This document shows positions 10,024 through 21,564 of a stretch of DNA of 64,000 nucleotides, one piece after another. Source of the stretch: an uncultured Gammaproteobacteria bacterium. GTDB lineage: Bacteria > Pseudomonadota > Gammaproteobacteria > CAKMZV01. Numbering within the stretch: the first letter of the stretch is position 1; each line of letters starts with the position of its first letter. A program made the position numbers and the translations under genes. The notes under the pieces are model-generated. The model did no database searches. It was not told the DNA's origin and saw nothing but the letters and a program-made list of their open reading frames with translations. The stretch spans positions 45,470 through 109,469 of the forward strand of contig CAKMZV010000001.1 of the NCBI GenBank assembly GCA_929200535.1, read 5' to 3'.

Positions 10024-10203
10024 ATGGGAACTCTGGTCGAAGTCGTAGCATTAGTGATGATTTTAGAAGGAATTTTACCGATGATTGCACCAAATCAATG
10101 GGCAAAAATGATGCAGTCCATCAGTTTATTATCAAGCAATAACATTCGTTTATTTGGAGTGATTCTGGTGGTGATTGGTATCTTAATTTTGCAATTTATC
10201 TAA
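10024..10203 (+). CDS. yjeT: DUF2065 small membrane protein (YjeT-like)
   Basis: ORF-track frame 9952-10203 overlaps hflC; internal start MGTLVEVVALVMILEGILPMIAPNQWAKMMQSISLLSSNNIRLFGVILVVIGILILQFI matches YjeT (LEGxxPMxxPxxWxxM...), conserved position after hflC. Confidence 0.6.
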   Translation: MGTLVEVVALVMILEGILPMIAPNQWAKMMQSISLLSSNNIRLFGVILVVIGILILQFI

Positions 10204-10221
10204 TGAGTGTAAGATAGCTGA

Positions 10222-11193
10222 ATGAACTCTTACTCTCTCCCCCAACAAATTTATGAATGGACTGGGGAATATGGCAAAAAATTAGAGAATCTTCGACGCT
10301 CTCTCTTGGATTTATTGTTTTCTCATCATTTCCAATACGTTCACCCCCCTATTTTAGAATACCAAGAAACCTTAGCCTTAGGGTCTGGAGAAGTTAGCCG
10401 TAATCAGGCATTTCGCTTTATTGATCCGATTAGTGGCAAAATGCTTGCAATCCGAACTGATATTAGCCCCCAAATTTCTAGATTAGATTATGCACTTAAT
10501 GCACAATCGCAAACTATCGCAAAATATTGTTATGCTGGAGAAATCGCCTTAGCACGTGTTGATTCTCTGGCAATTCGTAATCCCTATCAAGTCGGTGCAG
10601 AAATTTTTGGTGATAGCTCGGTGCAAGCGGATATTGAAATATTAACCGTTGCCTTGGAGTGTTGTCAAAAAGCTAAAGAGTCAGATTTTCTGGTTGATCT
10701 TGGGCATACAGGTATTCTTAAACACGCTGTTAATAGTCTTGATTTATCAGCCTCTCAACAGGAACAATTTTTAGATATTCTGCAACGTAAGGCTATTGCT
10801 GATGCTACCTTGTTCATTGAAAATAATCAACTCAATCAACAACAAATTAATATCATAAAGTTTTTATTAGAATGCAATGAAACCCAAGATGATATAGAAA
10901 TTATTAAAAATAATTTACTATCTTTATTTCCAGAATGTGAAAAAAAATGGCAACATTTATGGGAGATTTTTGAGACAATAAGTAAACGTTACCCAAATAT
11001 AAAATGGCACATTGATATTGCTGAATTACAAGGTTTTAGTTACCATACTGGAATTGTTTTTGGCATTTATGCACAACAAAAACTGATTTGTCGTGGTGGT
11101 AGATACAACCATTCTTCTTCCTCAAATTTTCGTACTGCAACTGGCTTTACTTTAGATGTGAATAGTCTAAAAGCCGCCTCCGTCAACTTGTAA
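10222..11193 (+). CDS. hisZ: ATP phosphoribosyltransferase regulatory subunit HisZ (class II aaRS-like)
   Basis: 323 aa; LLDLLFSHHFQYVHPPILEYQETLALGSG...FRFIDPISGKMLAIRTDISPQISRL matches HisZ; hflKC-hisZ-purA order as in Pseudomonas. Confidence 0.75.
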   Translation: MNSYSLPQQIYEWTGEYGKKLENLRRSLLDLLFSHHFQYVHPPILEYQETLALGSGEVSRNQAFRFIDPISGKMLAIRTDISPQISRLDYALNAQSQTIAKYCYAGEIALARVDSLAIRNPYQVGAEIFGDSSVQADIEILTVALECCQKAKESDFLVDLGHTGILKHAVNSLDLSASQQEQFLDILQRKAIADATLFIENNQLNQQQINIIKFLLECNETQDDIEIIKNNLLSLFPECEKKWQHLWEIFETISKRYPNIKWHIDIAELQGFSYHTGIVFGIYAQQKLICRGGRYNHSSSSNFRTATGFTLDVNSLKAASVNL

Positions 11194-11237
11194 AACGTAT
11201 CAAAATAGATTTACTCAACAATAAAAAAATTCTGTAG

Positions 11238-12572
<1,335 letters not shown>

Positions 12573-12616
12573 AAGCATGGTAACATTTTGTGGTAGCGTG
12601 CCTCTAACATAATATT

Positions 12617-14149
12617 ATGAAACGCATATTTGCAAACGATTATAGTTGGCAAACTCTCCAAAATAGTACCCTATTTCTAATTCTCCTCACTTTTGCTATT
12701 ATTGGACATACCAATAATAAAGAATCTCAAACAAAATCTAATCTGCTTACCCTGCCTAAAAAAGCAGAAACCAGCATCTCTCCCCAATTTTCTTTACCTG
12801 ATTTTAAAAATGCAAAGAATACCATTAGTGAAAAAGAGAAACAAGCAGGACGACGCTTTTTTATCTCAGTGCAGCGTTTTTCAACATTAATAGATGATTT
12901 AATTATTCAACAATATATCCATAATCTTGGCAATTTACTTGTTAATCATGCCAATATTATCAATCCACATTATATTTTCTTTGTTCTAAATGAAGCTTCA
13001 ATCAATGCCTTTGCTGGACCTGCTGGCTATACAGGTATCCACGCTGGACTCATTCTAAGTGCTTCATCAGAAGGGATGCTTGCCAGTGTGCTTGCTCACG
13101 AAATTGCCCATACCAAACAGCGTCACTTACACCGTTTTATTGCTAACCAAAAGAGTTCAGCTTATGCAAACCCGCTGGTAATTTTTGGATTGATATTAGC
13201 TGGAATTGTAACGGATACTCCAGAAGTTTTTCCAGGAATTATTGCCTTACAAGGAAAACATATAGAAGAAAGCCTAAAATTTTTACGCCATTTTGAAAAT
13301 GAAGCCGATCAGGCGGGATTAACTATCTTAACAAGTGCTGGTTTTTCAGGACAATACGCTGCCCTTTTTATGGATAAATTATTGAATAATGATTTTAGCC
13401 TCGATTCAAGTGAATATCTACGCACACACCCGTTAACCAAAAAACGCCTTGCCAACCTACAAAATCAAATTACCGATAAAACACTCTATGCCCCAAAATC
13501 AGAATTTGATTTAATTCAAGCGAGAATCTCCTATGTTACCCAAATTCCTACTGAAAAAAAACTCACCTCTCATCAACAAGACTACATCACCCTACTTTCT
13601 CTAATTGCCAATAATGAACATTTAAAAGCTCTCAATTATTGGCAAAAATTACCGACTCAAACAAAGGAAAACTCCTTGCTCTTTAATCTCCTTTATATGC
13701 ATTTGCTACTCAATACTAATCAACTTACGAAAGCGGAAAAACACCTTATTAAACTGCGTCAATTTCATCCCTTTCATCTCGAGGTGCTTAATTTACAAAG
13801 CCAATTATATCTTAAACAAAATAACCCCAAACAAGCTGAAAAAATTCTCCTTAAAAGGACTAATGATAATGTTAATCTTTACCAGAAACACCTATGGAAA
13901 CTATTGGGAAATTTATATTTTAACCGTAAAGAAAACGCAAAACTTTTTTATGCTAAAGCCAGAGAATACTATACGTTAGGATTGCTTAGAAAAGCATTAG
14001 AAAATCTTGAGAATGCTATAAAATCTGCCCAACAAGAAGGGCAAAAATCAAATGAAATCCGCAAACTCAAAGAAACATACAACCATTGGCACAAACAATT
14101 CTACACGGGTTCACACCAAAATATTGAATCTCCTCATAAATACCAATGA
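12617..14149 (+). CDS. M48-family zinc metallopeptidase with C-terminal TPR repeats (BepA/YfgC-like periplasmic protease)
   Basis: 510 aa; signal/TM at N-terminus, HEIAHTKQRH (HExxH) zinc site, TPR-like C-terminal half. Confidence 0.7.
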   Translation: MKRIFANDYSWQTLQNSTLFLILLTFAIIGHTNNKESQTKSNLLTLPKKAETSISPQFSLPDFKNAKNTISEKEKQAGRRFFISVQRFSTLIDDLIIQQYIHNLGNLLVNHANIINPHYIFFVLNEASINAFAGPAGYTGIHAGLILSASSEGMLASVLAHEIAHTKQRHLHRFIANQKSSAYANPLVIFGLILAGIVTDTPEVFPGIIALQGKHIEESLKFLRHFENEADQAGLTILTSAGFSGQYAALFMDKLLNNDFSLDSSEYLRTHPLTKKRLANLQNQITDKTLYAPKSEFDLIQARISYVTQIPTEKKLTSHQQDYITLLSLIANNEHLKALNYWQKLPTQTKENSLLFNLLYMHLLLNTNQLTKAEKHLIKLRQFHPFHLEVLNLQSQLYLKQNNPKQAEKILLKRTNDNVNLYQKHLWKLLGNLYFNRKENAKLFYAKAREYYTLGLLRKALENLENAIKSAQQEGQKSNEIRKLKETYNHWHKQFYTGSHQNIESPHKYQ

Positions 14150-14245
14150 GCTATTTATAACAAAGAAGCACTACATTAAAAATAGATAAGTACTCTTTTG
14201 ATTTTTTTAGCTTAAGGAGCCGAAATTTACCCAGTCTTAATAAGT

Positions 14246-14406
14246 TGAGACCTTTGCACAAAAGATATGACAAGTAAAAAAGTAAAAAATCGCCCTGATT
14301 TTCGTTGTGAAACTTGCGAAGACGGACGTATTAGCTGCGTTCCACGCCTCAATCAGAACGATTTTTTATCTTTTTTCTTTTACCATACTTTTATGCAAAG
14401 GTCTCA
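14246..14406 (+). mobile_element. MITE-like palindromic repeat, copy 1 (orientation B)
   Basis: tgagacctttgcacaaaagatatgacaagtaaaaaa...ttttatgcaaaggtctca; about 161 bp, terminal inverted repeats, internal arms mutually complementary (aaaaaatcg(c/t)cctgatt...gtgaaa); 3' terminus overlaps the stop codon of the downstream minus-strand gene. Confidence 0.85.
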
Positions 14407-15723
14407 AGTTGTTTTACCAGGAATCCAAGTAGTTCCAGCGAGAGGAATTTGTGCCATAGCTGCCGCTTCAACAGTTAGGGCTGCCATATCTTCGGGTTCA
14501 AGATTATGTACATCACTCTTACCACAAGCACGTGCAAGTGTTTGCACTTCTAAGGTGAGACAACGCAGATAGTTCGCCACACGACGACCACCAAGCACAG
14601 GATCCAAACGTTTTGCCAAGTCTGGATTTTGAGTTGAGATACCTGCAGGACAATTACCTGCTTGGTATTCAAAATAATAACCTGATTTTGAGCCGATTTT
14701 TTCATATTCGCTATCAAGTTCTGGACTATTATCTCCCAAGGCAATAAGGGCAGCTGTACCTACAGAGACAGCGTCGGCACCCATCGCTAACGCTTTAGCA
14801 ACATCGGCTCCATTGCGAATACCACCAGAAACAATTAATTGCACTTTGCGGTGCATATCCATATCTTTTAAAGCCTGTACTGCTTGGCGCACTGCTGGTA
14901 AAGTCGGAATGCCAACATGCTCAATAAACACATCTTGAGTAGCGGCGGTTCCGCCTTGCATACCATCAACCACAACCACATCCGCACCAGCTTTCACTGC
15001 CAAGCTGGTATCAAAATAAGTACGTGCAGCACCTACTTTAATATAAATGGGTTTTTCCCAATTAGTGATTTCACGCAGTTCAGTAATTTTAATCTCTAAA
15101 TCATCTGGACCAGTCCAATCTGGATGACGACAAGCACTACGCTGATCAATATTTTGTGGCAAATCTCTCATACGAGCAACCCGCTCATTGATTTTTTGTC
15201 CCAGTAGCATTCCGCCACCACCCGGTTTGGCTCCTTGACCAACCACGACTTCTATTGCATCTGCTTTACGTAAATCATCTGGATTCATTCCATATCGTGA
15301 TGGCAGGTATTGATAGACCAATAAATTGGAATGTCCACGCTCTTCTTGAGTCATTCCACCATCACCAGTTGTGGTACTCGTACCTACTTCACTGGCACCA
15401 CGCCCTAAAGATTCCTTGGCTTGTGCTGAAAGTGAGCCAAAACTCATACCAGCAACAGTAATTGGGATTTTAAGCTCAATTGGTTTTTTGGCAAAACGTG
15501 TTCCTAACGTTACCGCTGTATTGCAAGCCTCACGATATCCTTCTAAAGGATAACGAGACATACTCGCCCCAAGAAATACTAAATCATCAAATGATGGCAC
15601 AAATCGTTTGGCACCACCACCTCGGATACTATAAATGCCTTCTTTAGCAGCACGTTGAATTTCTCGGATAGCATCCTTGCTAAAAGTTTTAGATTCTAAT
15701 AACCATGACTCATTAACACTCAT
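14404..15723 (-). CDS. Glutamate synthase-family FMN-binding domain protein (GltB domain-2 homologue; MgsC-like subunit of split glutamate/N-methylglutamate synthase)
   Basis: 439 aa; FMN/Fe-S glutamate-synthase central domain motifs (GAKPGGGG, VDGMQGGTAATQ, SGGIRNGADVAKALAMGAD). Stop codon TGA lies in terminus of MITE copy 1. Confidence 0.8.
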   Translation of the reverse strand: MSVNESWLLESKTFSKDAIREIQRAAKEGIYSIRGGGAKRFVPSFDDLVFLGASMSRYPLEGYREACNTAVTLGTRFAKKPIELKIPITVAGMSFGSLSAQAKESLGRGASEVGTSTTTGDGGMTQEERGHSNLLVYQYLPSRYGMNPDDLRKADAIEVVVGQGAKPGGGGMLLGQKINERVARMRDLPQNIDQRSACRHPDWTGPDDLEIKITELREITNWEKPIYIKVGAARTYFDTSLAVKAGADVVVVDGMQGGTAATQDVFIEHVGIPTLPAVRQAVQALKDMDMHRKVQLIVSGGIRNGADVAKALAMGADAVSVGTAALIALGDNSPELDSEYEKIGSKSGYYFEYQAGNCPAGISTQNPDLAKRLDPVLGGRRVANYLRCLTLEVQTLARACGKSDVHNLEPEDMAALTVEAAAMAQIPLAGTTWIPGKTT

Positions 15724-15742
15724 TCCAAATCCTCTTTATTAG

Positions 15743-16414
15743 TTAATATGCGTTATCAACGCTAAAATTATATAACTTTCTTGCTGAACCATAACGTTTA
15801 AATTCATCCACTGATATATCAGTAATGTCCGCTTTTTTTAATAACTCTGCCAATTCTTTACGATGCTCATCTTGCATTTCTTTTTCAATACAATCAGCCC
15901 CTAAGCTTTGTGCTTTGCCGCGTAAGTAAATACGTGCCTCATAAATAGAATCACCTAAGGCATTACCCGCATCTCCACAGATAACAAAGCGACCTTTTTG
16001 TGCCATAAAAGCCGACATATGCCCAACACTACCTCTAACAACAATATCTACTCCTTTCATAGAAATACCACAACGTGCCGACGCATCCCCATCAATAATA
16101 ATGGTTCCGCCATGCGCTGTTGCTCCGCAATATTGGGAAACACCGCCCTTAACGTGTACTTTGCCAGACATCATATTCTCAGCAAGCCCAGAGCCGGCAT
16201 TACCTTCAACTGTAATATCCGCTTTTTGATTCATCCCAGCACAGTAATAACCAACGTGTCCATTGATAGTCACACTCTGCTCTTTATTAAGACCAACAGC
16301 AATATTATGTTTGCCATTAGAATTTTCGACAACATACTGTGCGCCATTCTGAGCATTTTGAAGTTCTTGATTGAGTTCTCTTAAACTCACATTATTTAAA
16401 TCCAAATTCTTCAT
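15743..16414 (-). CDS. GXGXG-domain protein (glutamate synthase alpha-subunit C-terminal domain homologue; MgsB-like)
   Basis: 223 aa with repeated G-x-G-x-G beta-helix motifs (GNAGSG, GGVSQYCGATAHGG, GDAGNALG). Confidence 0.8.
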   Translation of the reverse strand: MKNLDLNNVSLRELNQELQNAQNGAQYVVENSNGKHNIAVGLNKEQSVTINGHVGYYCAGMNQKADITVEGNAGSGLAENMMSGKVHVKGGVSQYCGATAHGGTIIIDGDASARCGISMKGVDIVVRGSVGHMSAFMAQKGRFVICGDAGNALGDSIYEARIYLRGKAQSLGADCIEKEMQDEHRKELAELLKKADITDISVDEFKRYGSARKLYNFSVDNAY

Positions 16415-16465
16415 ATAGTAATTTCCTTAATTATTTCTATAAGTTACTTCTGGAAATAGCTATTA

Positions 16466-17380
16466 TTAAGCCGCTTTATGCCAAGAATATATTTTCCCCG
16501 GCTCTGGCTCCCAAATGGAAGCATTTTCAACACCCGGTAACATCGCTATCGCACGAAACTCTGAAGCCATAGCCACCCACTGATCTGTCTCAGCAATCAC
16601 CGCTGGCTTGCAGCCGATATTATCACGCATTACCGCAAAACCATCCTTAGTACCAATAGCAAAGGTATAAAAACCATCAAGATCATCTAATGCTTTAGTT
16701 AAGGCGGTATTTAAATCATCGCCTTGTTTTAAACGCCAGTTAAAATAGGCGGCAGCCACTTCACTGTCATTATCGGTGCTAATTACAATCCCTTCTTTGC
16801 GTAATTTTTCACGCCATCTATTGTGATTAGAAAGCGAACCATTGTGCACTAAACAAATATCATCCCCCGTTGAAAAAGGATGTGAGTGACCAGTCGTCAC
16901 GGCACTTTCTGTCGCCATACGAGTGTGCCCTAAAGCATGGCTACCAGTAAAACTTTGCAAATTAAAGGAAGCGATAACATCTTTAGGTAAGCCTTTTTCT
17001 TTGTATATCTCAATGACCCTTCCGCTACCATTCACATTAATATGAGGGAAATTTTCATTTAGCCACTCATTAAGTGTATTTGTATCTGTTTCCACACTAA
17101 TCAATGCATGAGAGCCTTTTTCCTCAAACTTCGTATCATTACCAAACTGCTTCTTTAGTGCTTGCCTCACTTCATCCCAATTTAACTCTTCACCGCTATC
17201 TACTAACGTGTTTAATAGCGTACATTTAATCTGCTTTCCGATTGTAGGTTGATCATAAATGGCAAATCCCACACTATCAGGTCCTCTTTCAGTCATTTCG
17301 ATAAGCATATCCGACAAATAACTACCTAAGTGCCCTTCTAATTTTTTTTCTTTTAAAAATAATCCGACAATTCCACACAT
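16466..17380 (-). CDS. Class II (Ntn) glutamine amidotransferase domain protein (GltB domain-1 homologue; MgsA-like)
   Basis: 304 aa starting MCGIVGLF (catalytic Cys2 after Met), typical GATase-2. Confidence 0.8.
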   Translation of the reverse strand: MCGIVGLFLKEKKLEGHLGSYLSDMLIEMTERGPDSVGFAIYDQPTIGKQIKCTLLNTLVDSGEELNWDEVRQALKKQFGNDTKFEEKGSHALISVETDTNTLNEWLNENFPHINVNGSGRVIEIYKEKGLPKDVIASFNLQSFTGSHALGHTRMATESAVTTGHSHPFSTGDDICLVHNGSLSNHNRWREKLRKEGIVISTDNDSEVAAAYFNWRLKQGDDLNTALTKALDDLDGFYTFAIGTKDGFAVMRDNIGCKPAVIAETDQWVAMASEFRAIAMLPGVENASIWEPEPGKIYSWHKAA

Positions 17381-17462
17381 AATATTTTTATATTGTTGTT
17401 AGTAATTTACGCAACATCCAACCTATTCCAAAAAAAATACTCACGCTTACTACCATACAGAT

Positions 17463-17623
17463 TGAGACCTTTGCATAAAAGTATGGTAAAAGAAAAAAGA
17501 TAAAAAATCGTTCTGATTGAGGCGTGAAATGAAGCTAATACGTCCGTCTTCGCAAATTTCACAACGATAATCAGGGCGATTTTTTACTTTTTTACTTGTC
17601 ATATCTTTTGTGCAAAGGTCTCA
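17463..17623 (-). mobile_element. MITE-like palindromic repeat, copy 2 (orientation A)
   Basis: tgagacctttgcataaaagtatggtaaaagaaaaaagataaaaaatcgttctgattgaggcgtgaaatgaagctaatacgtccgtcttcgcaaatttcacaacgataatcagggcgattttttacttttttacttgtcatatcttttgtgcaaaggtctca. Confidence 0.85.
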
Positions 17624-17664
17624 GATTGCACACTCCCTCAAAATGACGAAAGTAGGCAGCGTCT

Positions 17665-18423
17665 CTACTGATTTCCTAAGGCTGTTCTTGCTAATTCTTT
17701 AGCTGGGAGATAGCCACCGACTAATGTGCCATTTGGCATTATGATGGCAGGAGTTCCTCTAATGCCGAGGCTCGTTCCAGTCTGATATTGTTTGTCAATC
17801 TCTGGCGAACAGTTAGCCACTTTTTTAAATCCACGAATGCTCTCGTTCTTTTTAGACGCAGTCATTGCTGCACGTTGATCCTTTGAACACCAAACATCAA
17901 TCGCTTTAGCCCAGTCTCTCTCTGTTGGACTACCGCTTCGAGGGAATGACAAATAGTTAACCGTAACCCCTAAGTCATTTAATTCAGTGATTTCTGCATG
18001 TAATTTCCGACAATAGAAACAATCAATATCAGTAAAAACCCATACAGAGGTCTTTTCATTTTTAGCGTTAAAAGTTATTAGATTTTCTGCATCAAGGTTT
18101 TTTAATGTAGATAAGTTGAACTCTTTCCGTAAACCTGCCGTTAAGTTTTCACGTTTATCCAGATTCCAAGCCTCACCAGCAAGATAATATTTTCCATCTT
18201 TACTTACTAAGCCAAAGTCTCCTTTAAACCGCATAATATAAAAATCTTTGACTTCACTATCAATCAAAAGGATATCCTTAGGATTAACATCTCCAAAAAT
18301 AGCAGCTAATTTTTGTGCTACCTGCTGTTTCGTCATTTGTTTCGCTTGAGCAACAGGAGCAGCTATCAGTAAACAAAAAAGAATAAAAAAAATGCTCTGC
18401 TGAATTCGATATAAAAAAAACAT
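17665..18423 (-). CDS. dsbC: Periplasmic thiol:disulfide interchange protein (DsbC/DsbG family)
   Basis: 252 aa, signal peptide, thioredoxin fold with CFYC active site (DIDCFYCRKLH). Confidence 0.7.
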   Translation of the reverse strand: MFFLYRIQQSIFFILFCLLIAAPVAQAKQMTKQQVAQKLAAIFGDVNPKDILLIDSEVKDFYIMRFKGDFGLVSKDGKYYLAGEAWNLDKRENLTAGLRKEFNLSTLKNLDAENLITFNAKNEKTSVWVFTDIDCFYCRKLHAEITELNDLGVTVNYLSFPRSGSPTERDWAKAIDVWCSKDQRAAMTASKKNESIRGFKKVANCSPEIDKQYQTGTSLGIRGTPAIIMPNGTLVGGYLPAKELARTALGNQ

Positions 18424-18447
18424 ACAACACCCTCAGTTTAAATTATG

Positions 18448-18490
18448 AAAAAAAAAAGCCTCCAATACTATCGGCAGTATCGGAAGGCTT
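18448..18490 (-). terminator. Rho-independent terminator downstream of rplS
   Basis: On minus strand: GCCTTCC-(loop)-GGAGGC stem followed by T10 (plus-strand A-run 18448-18457). Confidence 0.45.
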
Positions 18491-18509
18491 TTGTATAAAG
18501 AAAAAACAA

Positions 18510-18872
18510 CTACTTTTTGTTTTTACTTGTATCTAACTTCTCACGAATTCTTGTTGCCTTGCCAAACCGATCTCTTAAATAATAAATTTTTGCACGACGG
18601 ACAACTCCACGACGCTCAACTTTAATGCTTGAAATCAAAGGACTATGGGTTTGGAAGACACGTTCCACACCAACCCCGTAAGAAATCTTCCTTACTGTAA
18701 AAGACGAATGGAGCCCACGATTTTTTTTCGCAATGACAACTCCCTGAAAATTCTGCAAACGTTCTCTCTCTCCTTCTTTCACACGCACAAATACAGAAAC
18801 AGTATCTCCTGGTGAAAAATCGGCTCTTTCTTTCAAGTGTTCTTTTTCTAAAGCTTGAATAATTTGACTCAT
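18510..18872 (-). CDS. rplS: 50S ribosomal protein L19
   Basis: 120 aa [14 protein letters not shown]...; canonical L19. Confidence 0.9.
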   Translation of the reverse strand: MSQIIQALEKEHLKERADFSPGDTVSVFVRVKEGERERLQNFQGVVIAKKNRGLHSSFTVRKISYGVGVERVFQTHSPLISSIKVERRGVVRRAKIYYLRDRFGKATRIREKLDTSKNKK

Positions 18873-18995
18873 AATAAAGTTTGTTTGAATAAAAAATTAG
18901 GTTATGCCTAAAATTAAATAGACTAATCTATTAATTGTAGTGGATAACAGTGATTATTTCCATTTTTCAGTCTAAAATCACCCACTGATTTGGTT

Positions 18996-20831
18996 TTATT
19001 TTGCTTGCCTACTGTATTTTTTACGCTCTGTTTCCAATAGAACTTTTTTGCGAATACGTAAATGATTCGGAGTTACTTCCACCAACTCATCATTTTTAAT
19101 TAACTCAATAGCTTGCTCCAAATCAAATTTTAATGGCGGAGTAAGCACTAAATTTTCATCTGTGCCAGCTGCTCGAACATTAGTGAGCTGTTTCCCTTTG
19201 GTTACGTTAATTACCAAATCATTATCACGAGAATGAATGCCAAGCACCATCCCTTCATAAACCTCTTCCCCATGCCCAATAAAGAATTTACCACTTTTTT
19301 GCAAATTAAAAATAGAATACGCCGTCGCTTTACCTGCACCGTTTGAAATAAGCGAACCATTATTACGTTGGGCAATCTTCTCATTCTTTTTACCCTTAAA
19401 TGGGGCATACTCATCAAAAATACTGTACCATAATCCAGTACCCGTAGTCAGCGTAAGAAACTCCGTTCTAAAGCCCAACAATCCACGTGAGGGGATGATG
19501 TAATCTAAACGAATCCGTCCTTTACCATCTGGTTGCATATTCACACACTCCCCTTTTCGCAACCCCAAATTTTCCATCACTGCCCCTTGATGCTGTTCTT
19601 CAACATCAACCGTAAGCTGTTCAAAAGGCTCACACAAAACACCATCAATTTCTTTAAAAATAACCTGTGGTCTGCCAACACATAACTCAAATCCTTCACG
19701 GCGCATATTCTCAATCAAAATCGATAAATGTAATTCCCCACGCCCTGAAACATTAAATACACTCGCATCATCCGTATCTTCAACCCGTAATGCAACGTTA
19801 TAAATCAATTCTTTTTGTAATCGCTCACCAATCAAACGAGAAGTCACAAATTTACCATCACGCCCAGCCGTTGGAGAATTATTAACACGAAAAGTCATAC
19901 TCACCGTAGGCTCATCCACCTTAAGTGGTGGCAACGCTTGTGGGCTCTTAATATCACATAATGTATCCGAAATATGAATAGGCTCAATACCCACAACACA
20001 GACAATATCTCCTGCCGAAGCATCGGAAATTTCAGTTTTTTCTAAACCGTGAAAACCTAAAATTTGCCCAATTTTTACGTTACGCTTTTCACCTTTAGGG
20101 TTAATTAATGACACTGTCATATTCTTACTCAAACTACCCTGCTTAATCCTGCCAATACCGATAGCCCCAAGAAAAGATGAATAATCCAAAGCGGTAATCT
20201 GCATTTGAAAAGGCTTATCTGCCTCCACTTCAGGCTGAGGTACTTTATCTATAACTGTCTCAAAAAGGGCAGTCATATCCGTATCTTTAGGATTAGGTGG
20301 ATAATCTAAACTCGCAAAGCCCTTAATCGCAGAAGCATAAATAACTGAAAAATCTAATTGTTCCTCACTTGCTCCCAGCCGATCAAATAAATCAAACACT
20401 TGATCAATCACCCAATCAGGACGAGCCGAAGGGCGATCAATTTTATTCACCACCACAATCGGGTTTAACCCTTGCTCAAATGCTTTTTGGGTGACAAAAC
20501 GAGTTTGTGGCATCGGACCATCAACCGCATCAACCAACAATAACACACTATCCACCATTGATAATACTCGCTCAACCTCACCTCCAAAATCTGAATGTCC
20601 TGGTGTATCTACAATATTGATATGGTAATCTTGCCAAGTGATGGCAGTATTCTTAGAACTAATCGTAATTCCTCGCTCACGTTCTAAATCATTAGAATCC
20701 ATCATCCTCTCTTCGGCTTTAAAGCGTTCATCAAAGGTGTTAGACTGCGTTAATAATTTATCAACAAGCGTGGTTTTACCATGATCAACATGAGCGATAA
20801 TGGCAATATTTCTGAGTTTTCTATCTGTCAT
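18996..20831 (-). CDS. typA: Translational GTPase TypA/BipA
   Basis: 611 aa; [11 protein letters not shown]1, DTPGH, NKID G-motifs plus EF-G-like domains; TypA length and order. Confidence 0.9.
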   Translation of the reverse strand: MTDRKLRNIAIIAHVDHGKTTLVDKLLTQSNTFDERFKAEERMMDSNDLERERGITISSKNTAITWQDYHINIVDTPGHSDFGGEVERVLSMVDSVLLLVDAVDGPMPQTRFVTQKAFEQGLNPIVVVNKIDRPSARPDWVIDQVFDLFDRLGASEEQLDFSVIYASAIKGFASLDYPPNPKDTDMTALFETVIDKVPQPEVEADKPFQMQITALDYSSFLGAIGIGRIKQGSLSKNMTVSLINPKGEKRNVKIGQILGFHGLEKTEISDASAGDIVCVVGIEPIHISDTLCDIKSPQALPPLKVDEPTVSMTFRVNNSPTAGRDGKFVTSRLIGERLQKELIYNVALRVEDTDDASVFNVSGRGELHLSILIENMRREGFELCVGRPQVIFKEIDGVLCEPFEQLTVDVEEQHQGAVMENLGLRKGECVNMQPDGKGRIRLDYIIPSRGLLGFRTEFLTLTTGTGLWYSIFDEYAPFKGKKNEKIAQRNNGSLISNGAGKATAYSIFNLQKSGKFFIGHGEEVYEGMVLGIHSRDNDLVINVTKGKQLTNVRAAGTDENLVLTPPLKFDLEQAIELIKNDELVEVTPNHLRIRKKVLLETERKKYSRQAK

Positions 20832-20874
20832 TTATAAGGATTTGTCATTTATAAGGCGGGCAATGGTCTTAATT

Positions 20875-21035
20875 TGAGCCCTTTGCACAAAAGTATGGCA
20901 AAAGAAAAAAGATAAAAAATCGTTCTGATTAAGGCGTGAAATGAAGCCAATACGTCCGTCTTCGCAAATTTCACAACGAAAATCAGAGCGATTTTTTGCT
21001 TTTTTACTTGTCATATCTTTTGTGCAAAGGGCTCT
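20875..21035 (-). mobile_element. MITE-like palindromic repeat, copy 3 (orientation A, variant termini tgagccc...gggctc)
   Basis: Same about 160-bp element with G-to-C change in both termini (compensatory, preserves terminal hairpin). Confidence 0.8.
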
Positions 21036-21330
21036 TTGTAAAAAAAAATCCAAAGGAGCTGCAAAAGTCCCATAATCGACCTTGCTTACTACTTTGGATT
21101 ACGTATTACTTAATTATACAATCAGTTATTTATTTGATGATGATGGCAGTGTTGTATTTAATCCATCAATATGTTCGTGTAAATCAGGTTTGATAGGAGC
21201 CCACATAGAATCTAAAACAAATAAATTTATACCCATTAGAGAATTTGGATAAAAAAAATCCAGAGGGTTGGCTAAATTCTTATCGTCGAATCAGCGTTTA
21301 TGCTCTGGATTGTGAATAGTATATAATCTT

Positions 21331-21383
21331 AACAAAAAATCAATAAAAAATCAATAAAAAATCAATTAAAAATCAATTAAAAA
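21331..21383. repeat. Short tandem repeat (aaaaatcaat[a/t]a) x about 4-5
   Basis: aaaatcaataaaaaatcaataaaaaatcaattaaaaatcaattaaaaag seen directly. Confidence 0.6.
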
Positions 21384-21401
21384 GTGTGGTTAGTAATAAT
21401 T

Positions 21402-21561
21402 TGAGACCTTTGCATAAAAGTATGGTAAAAGAAAAAAGATAAAAAATTGTTCTGATTGAGGCGTGAAATGAAGCGAATACGTCCGTCTTCGCAAGTTTCA
21501 CAACGACAATCAGAGCAATTTTTTACTTTTTTACTTGTCATATCTTTTGTGCAAAGGTCTC
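21402..21561 (-). mobile_element. MITE-like palindromic repeat, copy 4 (orientation A)
   Basis: tgagacctttgcataaaag...tgtgcaaaggtctc; ends 3 nt before the sufS/csdA-like stop codon. Confidence 0.85.
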
Positions 21562-21564
21562 CAT

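Noticed and set aside
9952-10203. 83-aa ORF overlapping the 3' end of hflC
   Set aside because: The upstream 24 codons overlap hflC and have no motif. The YjeT/DUF2065 homology begins at the internal Met at 10024, so I used that start.
14267-14572. ORF-track peptides starting MTSKK(V/A)KNR(P/S)DFRCE(T/I)CEDGRI... (also 20832-21053, 52618-52854, 57552-57746) that look like a conserved small CxxC protein
   Set aside because: They are the same MITE read through in one frame. No stop codon lies inside the element, so termination depends on random flank. Copies differ by non-synonymous changes, and the opposite arm is the palindromic complement. I treat them as non-coding repeat sequence, not a protein family.
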